This document shows, piece by piece, positions 21,939-28,590 of a DNA stretch of 64,000 nt (the first letter of the stretch is position 1; every line of letters starts with the position of its first letter). The stretch comes from Planctomycetota bacterium (GTDB lineage: Bacteria; Planctomycetota; SZUA-567; H5-PLA8). The stretch spans positions 1-64,000 of the forward strand of contig BTVV01000001.1 of assembly GCA_045863855.1 (NCBI GenBank), written 5' to 3'. Position numbers and translations under genes: made by a program. The notes under the pieces were generated by a model. It was not told the DNA's origin and searched no databases. It saw only the letters and a list, made by a program, of their open reading frames with translations.

Positions 21939-22463
21939 TCAAGGCTGCTGCTGCACCGCTTCCTCTTGCTGCGCCGGCATCGGCGCGCGCGATTTCGAGC
22001 CCGACATCAGGACCTGGCGCTTCGGCTTCGGCGGGGGCTCGGGCGCTTGGGGGCTGATCGCCGCCGATTTGGACCCGCTCATGATCATCTGGCGCTGGGG
22101 CGGTTCGGCGGCTTGCACCGGCAGCACTATCTTTTCGCTCTTGGAGCCGCTCATGATTACTTCGCGCGGCGGCGCGTTCACGGGGAATTCCACGGGCGCC
22201 GACTTCGAACTTTTCATAAGCATGCGCTGCGCGGCTTCCCCCTCGAGCTTGACGGCCGCCGGGATCGGATCGGCGCCACGCTCGATCGGCTCTTCCGTTG
22301 CTTCGGGCGCCGGAAGGCCCGCAAGCGGGAGCGGCGCGCTCGTCGCCTCGGCCTCCGACGAATCCGCGCGCGAGGCGCCCGAGCGCAGCCAGACGTACGC
22401 GCCGAAAAGGACAACGGCGCTGATGACCGCGGCCACGCGGGCCCAAGCCTGAAGTTTTCGCAT
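21939..22463 (-). CDS. membrane-anchored protein with four (I/L)MSGSKS-like repeats
   Basis: N-terminal TM segment; repeats visible in translation. Confidence 0.7.
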   Translation of the reverse strand: MRKLQAWARVAAVISAVVLFGAYVWLRSGASRADSSEAEATSAPLPLAGLPAPEATEEPIERGADPIPAAVKLEGEAAQRMLMKSSKSAPVEFPVNAPPREVIMSGSKSEKIVLPVQAAEPPQRQMIMSGSKSAAISPQAPEPPPKPKRQVLMSGSKSRAPMPAQQEEAVQQQP

Positions 22464-22611
22464 GTTCGTTCGAGACCTCTCTTCTTCGGACCAAAAGGCG
22501 CGACGGTGCGAGACCGCGCCGCGGAAGCGTGAAAAGCGTTCTATAGCTGTGTCGCTCGAATGGGCGCGGAACGCCGTAAGAGGTGTGTAAAAGCTTCGGA
22601 CAGGCGCTGGT

Positions 22612-23595
22612 TCAGCCGAGTGCGGTGGGCGGGAGCAGCAGGTAGTACCAGAAGGCGGCGACTTCGCGGGCCATCAAGATCGGGAGCTTGGCGAGGGTGC
22701 AGCGTTCTTCAGCCGGCACCGTAAAGACTTCGGCGCCCGCGTCGGCGAAGGCCAGTTTGACGCGCGGCAGGTGATAGGCGTGGCTTACCGCGAGGACGCG
22801 GCGGAAGCCGTGCACGCGGGCCAGTTCGCGCACGCGTTGCGCCGTCGCTCGCGTGTCGACGCCCTGCGCGTCGAGCAGGATCGCGTGATCGGGGATGCCG
22901 GTGCTGAGTGCGAGGCGGCGCATCGCTTCGGTTTCGTGAATCGTGCCGTCGCCGGGGCCGCCGGAGAAGATCAGCTTGGCGACGAGCCCTTCCTTATATA
23001 GGCGGCAGCCGGTGAGGACGCGGTCGGCCAGCGCGTCGGAGCAGCGCCCGTCGGCGTAGGCGCGCGCGCCCAGGACCACCGCGGCATCGGCCGGGCGGCG
23101 GTAGTCGGTGCGCCCGAAGCAGTACATCTGCACGAGCGGGAATCCGATGACGGCGGCGGCGAGCGCGGCGAGGCCGCTGGCCCAGGCCGAGCGCGGCGGC
23201 GGCAGATCGCCGGGCGCCCAGATGCGCCAGAGCATCCCGCCCAGCACCAGCGCAAAGAGGAAGGACATCGGCAGCCACGGGCCGTCGTGCAGGCGTCCTT
23301 GGGCATGAAACGCGAGGACGCGCAGACCGTTCCAAAGAACCGCGGCGAGCGCGACGCCGAAGATCGCCGCGGTGGCGGTGCGGCGCGGGCCCGACGGAGC
23401 GGGCGCGTAAGCGAACCACGCGGCGGCGGCGGCCAGCGCGAGCAGCCCGATTACGCGCAACGCTTCGGGCGCGCCGCGCAGATCGAGCCACCAGCGATTG
23501 GCGTCGGGCATGCCGGTCAGGAGCGCGCGGATCAAGTTGAACGCGATAAAGGCGGCCAGCGCGCCGGCCCAGACGCGCGCGGTAACGGTCAGCAT
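22612..23595 (-). CDS. YdcF/DUF218 (ElyC/SanA-like) membrane protein
   Basis: ADAAVVLGA, LIFSGG, VSHAYHLPR, REVAA. Confidence 0.85.
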   Translation of the reverse strand: MLTVTARVWAGALAAFIAFNLIRALLTGMPDANRWWLDLRGAPEALRVIGLLALAAAAAWFAYAPAPSGPRRTATAAIFGVALAAVLWNGLRVLAFHAQGRLHDGPWLPMSFLFALVLGGMLWRIWAPGDLPPPRSAWASGLAALAAAVIGFPLVQMYCFGRTDYRRPADAAVVLGARAYADGRCSDALADRVLTGCRLYKEGLVAKLIFSGGPGDGTIHETEAMRRLALSTGIPDHAILLDAQGVDTRATAQRVRELARVHGFRRVLAVSHAYHLPRVKLAFADAGAEVFTVPAEERCTLAKLPILMAREVAAFWYYLLLPPTALG

Positions 23596-23666
23596 GGCGG
23601 CGGCCCCCGAATCGAGAGTACTCCCCAATCGAGTATCGGCCGTGTGCGCGCGCCACTAAAGGGATA

Positions 23667-23754
23667 TGGCGGAGGACAGAGGAGTCGAACCCCACTCGCA
23701 TGCGAGCGATCCGCTTTCGAGGCGGTCCCGGTGCGCCTGTCCGGTTTGTCCTCC
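23667..23754 (-). tRNA. tRNA-Ser(CGA)
   Basis: cloverleaf with long variable arm, loop CTCGAAA, GCCA end. Confidence 0.9.
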
Positions 23755-23760
23755 GGCGTG

Positions 23761-24318
23761 TCAGCGTCCTTGCACGAAGCGCGCCCAGCGGGCTTCGTCT
23801 TCCCACGGGCGCGGCGGCATCCAGACCGGCTGCGCCGGCGGCTTGGCCAGGCGCATCCGCGCTTCTTCCGGCGTGCGGTCGTTCTTGCGCCGGTTGCAGG
23901 CCACGCAAGCCGCGACGCAATTGGACCATACGGTCGCGCCGCCGCGCGAACGCGGCAGGACGTGATCGATGGTCAGGCGCGCGGCGTGGTCGTGCTGCCC
24001 GCAGTATTGGCACGCGCCGCGGTCGCGCTTAATCACGTTTGCGCGCGAGAACGCGGGCTTGCGCACCGGCACACGGTCGTAGCGCGTGAGGATGATCACG
24101 TCCGGAGCCGGCACGTCGTACGAGCCGCCGCGCACCAGCGCCACGGCCTCGCGGAAGTCCACGCGCGTCCACGAATCGAGGTCATGCGTCGAAAAGTCCT
24201 CCAGGTTCACGGCGCGAGCGTTCCCGTCGGCGAGTTTGCAGAGCGCGCGCATCACGTTCGTCACGTCGATCGGGACCCAGTGCTTGTTGAGCACCAGCGT
24301 CGGGCGGTGGCGTACCAC
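23761..24318 (-). CDS. HNH endonuclease inside tRNA array
   Basis: TLVLN, RD..CQYCG, TIDHVLPRSRGG, WSNCVAAC..CN..K; GGAGAGGA RBS before GTG. Confidence 0.92.
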   Translation of the reverse strand: MVRHRPTLVLNKHWVPIDVTNVMRALCKLADGNARAVNLEDFSTHDLDSWTRVDFREAVALVRGGSYDVPAPDVIILTRYDRVPVRKPAFSRANVIKRDRGACQYCGQHDHAARLTIDHVLPRSRGGATVWSNCVAACVACNRRKNDRTPEEARMRLAKPPAQPVWMPPRPWEDEARWARFVQGR

Positions 24319-24350
24319 GAATTGATTCCTCTCCGGTTTCCGAACAAAAT

Positions 24351-24424
24351 TGGCAAGGCGCCAGGGAGTCGAACCCCGCCGCGCGGTTTTGGAGACCACA
24401 CAGGTTCCCGGACCGTCGCGCCTT
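24351..24424 (-). tRNA. tRNA-Trp(CCA), atypical D-arm
   Basis: loop CTCCAAA, TTCGA T-loop, CCA end. Confidence 0.85.
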
Positions 24425-24440
24425 GTCGCGTACTTCGATC

Positions 24441-24514
24441 TGGCTCGCCCGCCGGGGATCGCACCCGGTCCGCGACCTTCGCAAAGTCGCATGCCTCTCT
24501 TACACCACGGGCGG
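24441..24514 (-). tRNA. tRNA-Arg(GCG), rare anticodon
   Basis: loop TTGCGAA, T-loop TGCGATC, C1:A72 mismatch, GCCA end. Confidence 0.8.
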
Positions 24515-24526
24515 TTCTATTTTCTT

Positions 24527-24600
24527 TGGCGCTCCCGGGAGGATTCGCACCTCCAACCCCCGGTTCGAAGCCGAGGATGATTCTGTTTCAACACGGGAGT
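24527..24600 (-). tRNA. tRNA-Arg(TCG)
   Basis: loop CTTCGAA, T-loop TGCGAAT, GCCA end. Confidence 0.82.
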
Positions 24601-24756
24601 GCAACCCCTACGGCAACGGCGTTCACCACGGAGGCCACGAAGCGCACGGAGAACGGCTGGGCAGGGGAAAACCTCGGCCTTCAACCTCCTTCGTGAGCGC
24701 GGGCCTTATACGGAATCTCCCATGCGCTATTTAGCGCTCCAATCGGCATCAGAATG

Positions 24757-24843
24757 TGGTCGGGGCGGGGAGATTCGAACTCCCATGAGCCGTGAAGCTC
24801 CCGGTTCCTCGGACCGGCGCGTATGCCTTTCCGCCACGCCCCG
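24757..24843 (-). tRNA. tRNA-Leu(GAG), C33
   Basis: loop CCGAGGA, long variable arm, ACCA end. Confidence 0.85.
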
Positions 24844-24897
24844 CATGAGATTCCCATGGCCGTTCACCGTTGACGGTTCACCGTTCACTGTCTTTGC

Positions 24898-24973
24898 TGG
24901 TGTCGCGAGCAGGATTCGAACCCGCACCGTACCGAGTTTAAGTCGGTTGCCTCTGCCGTTGGGCTACCGCGAC
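24898..24973 (-). tRNA. tRNA-Leu(TAA) lacking long variable arm
   Basis: loop CTTAAAC, 5-nt variable loop, 76 nt. Confidence 0.85.
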
Positions 24974-25024
24974 AGGCCATGTCATTCGCTTCCCTTGTTG
25001 ACCGGAAAATCCGGTCGTTCGCTA

Positions 25025-25111
25025 TGGCGGAGGGCGGAGGAGTCGAACCTCGTGCCCGAAAGCACGCGCTGCTTAGCATGCAGGCCCGAACCCGCGTCCG
25101 GCTCGCCCTCC
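25025..25111 (-). tRNA. tRNA-Ser(GCT)
   Basis: loop ATGCTAA, long variable arm, GCCA end. Confidence 0.87.
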
Positions 25112-25121
25112 GCTTCAAAAT

Positions 25122-25209
25122 TGGTCGCCCCGGAGGGATTCGAACCCTCACGTCCGTGTGGACCCGAGCTTCTGAGACTCGTGCGTCTGCCAGGTTCCGC
25201 CACGGGGCG
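25122..25209 (-). tRNA. tRNA-Leu(CAG)
   Basis: loop CTCAGAA, long variable arm. Confidence 0.9.
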
Positions 25210-25326
25210 ATCGCAGCGGCGGAGGGCCAGGCATCGGAGTATTTCCGAGGGTGGAGCCGCTCGGAATTCGAGGACTCCCACGCCTGGCCGCTCACGCCGC
25301 CGGTTTCAAAATCTCTTTTCTCCTGC

Positions 25327-25400
25327 TGGTGCCCACTGGAGGAGTCGAACCTCCGCCTCCACCGTGTCAGGGTGGCGCTCTCCCGTTGAGCCAAGCGGAC
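25327..25400 (-). tRNA. tRNA-Val(GAC)
   Basis: loop CTGACAC. Confidence 0.9.
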
Positions 25401-25412
25401 AACCGTTCCTAT

Positions 25413-25486
25413 TGGTAGCCGCTGAAGGAGTCGAACCTTCGTCTCCAGCGTGTGATGCTGGCGCCCTCCCGTTAGGCGAAGCGGCT
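25413..25486 (-). tRNA. tRNA-Val(CAC)
   Basis: loop ATCACAC. Confidence 0.88.
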
Positions 25487-25493
25487 AAACAGT

Positions 25494-25569
25494 TGGTAAC
25501 GAGCCGTGGAATCGAACCACGCTTGCAAGCTTATGAAACTCGCCAGACCTCCAGGCCTTGCCGCTCGTT
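25494..25569 (-). tRNA. tRNA-Met or Ile2 (CAT)
   Basis: loop TTCATAA; atypical D-arm. Confidence 0.8.
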
Positions 25570-25593
25570 GCGCCATGTCCTCCGTGTCTTTTT

Positions 25594-25676
25594 TGGTGGG
25601 GCCGTGAGGAATCGAACCTCCTAGCCGCCGGCGCCGGCTTTACAGGCCAGCTCTGATCCCACTCAGCAGGGGCCCC
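25594..25676 (-). tRNA. tRNA-Tyr(GTA)
   Basis: loop CTGTAAA, extended variable region. Confidence 0.85.
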
Positions 25677-25699
25677 TTTCTCTTTCGTCTTGCCAGGTT

Positions 25700-25777
25700 T
25701 GGTCGGAGCGGTGGGATTTGAACCCACGACCTCTGCGTTCCGAACGCAGCGCGCTTGCCAAACTGCGCTACGCTCCG
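25700..25777 (-). tRNA. tRNA-Pro(CGG), A37
   Basis: C1:G72, A73, loop TTCGGAA. Confidence 0.92.
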
Positions 25778-25831
25778 CCTTACGAATTCATCTGCCTCGT
25801 CTCTTAATCAAAATCCGCAATCCCAAACGGT

Positions 25832-25906
25832 TGGCGGGGCCCCCGGGAATCGAACCCGGCTTTCCTGCGCTTCAAGCAGGCGTCGTCCCATCCCGACCCA
25901 AGCCCC
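25832..25906 (-). tRNA. tRNA-Phe(GAA), atypical
   Basis: loop TTGAAGC, G73. Confidence 0.82.
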
Positions 25907-25928
25907 GGCTGTTACCGTTCATCGACTT

Positions 25929-26005
25929 TGGCGCCTACGGCCGGAGTCGCACCGGCTTGCTCCACCGTGACAGGGTGGCGGCTCCACGGCTTCGCCTTCG
26001 CAGGC
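25929..26005 (-). tRNA. tRNA-Asp(GTC)
   Basis: loop CTGTCAC, T-loop TGCGACT, G73. Confidence 0.85.
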
Positions 26006-26023
26006 TTTGTCTGCTCCTTCGTT

Positions 26024-26097
26024 TGGAGACCGCGGAGGGATTCGCACCCCCGTGGACGGCGTTGCAGGCCGCCGCCTCGCTTCTCGGCCACGCGGTC
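26024..26097 (-). tRNA. tRNA-Cys(GCA)
   Basis: loop CTGCAAC, U73, T-loop TGCGAAT. Confidence 0.88.
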
Positions 26098-26111
26098 TTC
26101 GCTACGGTTCA

Positions 26112-26186
26112 TGGGGTGGCGTGCGGGAGTCGAACCCGCTCTTCAAGCTTCACGAGCTTGCGTGCGCCCGGCACACTCACGCTACC
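26112..26186 (-). tRNA. tRNA-His(GTG), C33
   Basis: loop TCGTGAA, G-1:C73. Confidence 0.85.
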
Positions 26187-26198
26187 GACCCATGCGCC

Positions 26199-26272
26199 TG
26201 GTCGGGCAGGAAGGAATCGAACCTTCTCCGGCTGCGTATCAGACAACCGTGCTGCCGTTACACCACCGCCCG
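26199..26272 (-). tRNA. tRNA-Ile(GAT)
   Basis: loop CTGATAC. Confidence 0.88.
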
Positions 26273-26276
26273 ACCG

Positions 26277-26828
26277 CTACTTCCGCTCCTTTCGCGCGAA
26301 CCATTCTTCGGCCAAGACGCCCATGATCAGGACATCGTGGTAGCGCCCTTCGCAAAACGTCGCCTGGCGCATGATGCCTTCGCGGACATAACCGGCCTTC
26401 TCGTACGCGCGGATCCCGCCCGGGTTGTTCGCGTACACGTGAAGACAGATCCGGTTCAGGTTCAGCGTTTCGAACCCGTACTTCAGCATCAGCTTCGCCG
26501 TCTCGGTTCCGTGGCCTTTGTTCCACTCGTCCTTCGCGCCGATGAAGATGCCGAACATGGCCGCACGGTCTTTTTCCAGCTTCAAATGCAGGCCGGTATT
26601 GCCCAGGAAGCGGTCGTCGCTCTTGCGCGCGATGGCGAGCAGGACGTTGCGCTCGTCCTTCATCGCCTTTTCGAGCCACGCTTCTTCCGCTTCAAGCGTC
26701 AGCGGCCGGTGCATGTTCAGCGTCCGCGTGATCTGCTCGTCGTTGAGGTACTCGACGATGGCCGGCGCGTCCGCGCGTTCGAGGGGCCTCAAGTAAATGC
26801 GCTCGCCGATCAAGAATGGATTTCTCAT
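26277..26828 (-). CDS. GNAT N-acetyltransferase (RimJ/RimL-like) inside tRNA array
   Basis: GERIYLRPL, WNKGHGTE, N..GIRAYEKAGY..EG; GGAG RBS. Confidence 0.92.
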   Translation of the reverse strand: MRNPFLIGERIYLRPLERADAPAIVEYLNDEQITRTLNMHRPLTLEAEEAWLEKAMKDERNVLLAIARKSDDRFLGNTGLHLKLEKDRAAMFGIFIGAKDEWNKGHGTETAKLMLKYGFETLNLNRICLHVYANNPGGIRAYEKAGYVREGIMRQATFCEGRYHDVLIMGVLAEEWFARKERK

Positions 26829-26860
26829 CGCTCCACCGCTTCCTTTCGTGTCCGTGCTTC

Positions 26861-26934
26861 TGGTTGGCCCGCGAGGATTCGAACCTCGGTCTGCGGAGCC
26901 AAAGTCCGCCGTCTTACCTTTAGACGACGGGCCA
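26861..26934 (-). tRNA. tRNA-Gln(TTG)
   Basis: loop CTTTGGC, U1:A72. Confidence 0.9.
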
Positions 26935-26943
26935 TTCGAGCGT

Positions 26944-27019
26944 TGGCGTTCCCGGCGGGATTCGAACCCGCGTGACCAGACTGAGAACCTGGCATCCTCA
27001 ACCGCTAGATGACAGGAAC
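26944..27019 (-). tRNA. tRNA-Glu(CTC)
   Basis: loop TTCTCAG. Confidence 0.9.
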
Positions 27020-27036
27020 ACCTACGTCGCTTTCTT

Positions 27037-27111
27037 TGGAGCAGCCGGCGGGAATCGAACCCGCGCCTCGGCGTTGGAAGCGCCGCATGCCGCCGCGAAC
27101 ACCTCGGCCGC
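27037..27111 (-). tRNA. tRNA-Gly(TCC)
   Basis: loop CTTCCAA, U73. Confidence 0.87.
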
Positions 27112-27141
27112 TCGATTTTCATCCCTCGTTTCCGTCTCATC

Positions 27142-27215
27142 TGGCTGCGGGGCAAGGATTCGAACCTCGATCGCCTGGTTCAGAGCCAAGCATCCTGCCG
27201 TTAGACGACCCCGCA
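27142..27215 (-). tRNA. tRNA-Gln(CTG)
   Basis: loop CTCTGAA. Confidence 0.9.
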
Positions 27216-27217
27216 TC

Positions 27218-27293
27218 TGGTGCGTCCCGTGGGGCTCGAACCCACACCGTCCCGGGTAAGAACCGGGTGCTCTGCCGCTCGAGCTACGGACGC
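27218..27293 (-). tRNA. tRNA-Lys(CTT)
   Basis: loop TTCTTAC. Confidence 0.88.
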
Positions 27294-27327
27294 GACCGAA
27301 ACTCATCCACGAACGCTCACGACCGTC

Positions 27328-27403
27328 TGGTTCCTCCGGTGGGATTTGAACCCACACCCCTCGGCTTAAAAGACCGGTATGCTGCCGTTGACACCACGGA
27401 GGA
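27328..27403 (-). tRNA. tRNA-Lys(TTT)
   Basis: loop CTTTTAA. Confidence 0.88.
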
Positions 27404-27451
27404 ACGGGCGTTTACCGCTCACGCGTTTCATCCGCTTCCTCCTTTCTCTTT

Positions 27452-27525
27452 TGGCAGCCCCACGGGGAATTGAACCCCGATCTCCGGACTGAAAATCCGG
27501 CATCCTGCCCTTAGACGATGGAGCC
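27452..27525 (-). tRNA. tRNA-Glu(TTC)
   Basis: loop TTTTCAG. Confidence 0.9.
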
Positions 27526-27624
27526 GCCTTACTCCGCCGCCGTCCTTTTCCCTTCCCGCCCGCCTCCGCAGGGCTGCGCCCTGCTTCGGCGCGGCAGCCT
27601 TCGCTCGCTTTCGCTCGCGAAGGT

Positions 27625-27699
27625 TGGTGGAGCGGCCGGGAGTTGCACCCGGATCTCGGCCATGCGAGGGCCGCGTGTTTCTGTTGTCACCACCGTCCC
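27625..27699 (-). tRNA. tRNA-Ala(CGC)
   Basis: loop CTCGCAT, G3:U70 identity pair, T-loop TGCAACT. Confidence 0.88.
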
Positions 27700-27724
27700 A
27701 CTGCCGCCTGCAAACTCGATACTT

Positions 27725-27798
27725 TGGCTCCGGCGGGAGGATTCGAACCTCCATTTCCTGCGTAACAGGCAGGCGTGATGCCTTTACACCACGCCGGA
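27725..27798 (-). tRNA. tRNA-Asn(GTT)
   Basis: loop CTGTTAC, G73. Confidence 0.9.
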
Positions 27799-27899
27799 AC
27801 GAACCGTCCCTCGCCGCCCGCGGGGGGCCGGGGCTCGGAAGGCGCGGAGCCATGAAGCTCGGCGCTTCCGCCCAATCCCCGGCCCCCGTCGGCAACCCT

Positions 27900-27971
27900 T
27901 GGAGCCGCGTGCGGGAGTCGAACCCGCTCGCACCTCGTTACGAGCGAGGCGTGCGCCCGGCGCCTCGCGGC
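27900..27971 (-). tRNA. tRNA-Thr(CGT), shortened D-arm
   Basis: loop CTCGTAA, 72 nt. Confidence 0.78.
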
Positions 27972-27986
27972 GAACTCAACTTCATC

Positions 27987-28061
27987 TGGAGCCGCTCGAG
28001 GGACTCGAACCCTCTCTTGCGCTCTACCAAAGCGCCGTGCGACCCTTCACACCCGAGCGGC
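27987..28061 (-). tRNA. tRNA-Thr(GGT)
   Basis: loop TTGGTAG. Confidence 0.85.
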
Positions 28062-28104
28062 ACGCCAGCAGTCGGCTTGCCGAGCCGAAGCCGCAGGCGA
28101 AGGC

Positions 28105-28178
28105 TGGAGCGGGAGACGGGACTTGAACCCGTGTCTCGAACTCGGCAAGTTCGCGCTCTCCCCTTGAGCTACACCCGC
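28105..28178 (-). tRNA. tRNA-Gly(GCC), first gene of array
   Basis: loop TTGCCGA, U73. Confidence 0.92.
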
Positions 28179-28361
28179 TCGACTCAGACCCTTTCGCTTC
28201 GGCCAGGCAACAGGCCTCCCGGCGAAGCGCGCGCTGCGCTTCGAAAAATCCGGCCGGTCTGTCGTCTGCGAACTCTCGGCGGGCTATTTACGACCCGCAT
28301 TCGGAACGAAATTCACATCGTTCCGCGTGGCTCAAAACCCATTTCCAGCCGCGCGCAGAAC

Positions 28362-28397
28362 AAAAAAGCCTTCCTGGGTCGGTCCCAGGAAGGCTTT
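28362..28397 (-). terminator. intrinsic terminator upstream of tRNA array (candidate attenuator)
   Basis: GCCTTCCTGGG-ACCGA-CCCAGGAAGGC perfect 11-bp stem followed by T6 on minus strand. Confidence 0.88.
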
Positions 28398-28425
28398 AGC
28401 CAAGCGGCGGCGATGTAAGCTCTTC

Positions 28426-28590
28426 CTAGGGCGCGGGCCCTCCCAGGGCCTCGCTATCCCGGTACGAATTCTGCGTACCTTGGGCTCGCGGACTTGGTTT
28501 TACCAAGCCGATCCCGGCGCAGAATGCGGCCGGCATAAATCCGCGCGCGGCGGATTCATGGCGGGTTAGGAAGAGAAACCAGTGCTGCAT
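28426..28590 (-). CDS. candidate attenuator leader peptide (54 aa, all 20 amino acids)
   Basis: AGGAG then ATG; MQHWFLFLTRHESAARGFMPAAFCAGIGLVKPSPRAQGTQNSYRDSEALGGPAP*; stop about 30 nt before terminator; below the ORF-track size cut-off. Confidence 0.7.
   Translation of the reverse strand: MQHWFLFLTRHESAARGFMPAAFCAGIGLVKPSPRAQGTQNSYRDSEALGGPAP

Noticed and set aside
25252..25310. 31st tRNA or pseudo-tRNA-Thr
   Set aside because: Has a CCA-like end but no cloverleaf; folds as a rod hairpin and is reported as such.
24599..28418. Long ORFs overlapping the tRNA array (e.g. 24599-25624, 26007-26975, 27624-28418)
   Set aside because: Shadow ORFs across tRNA genes with no protein motifs.
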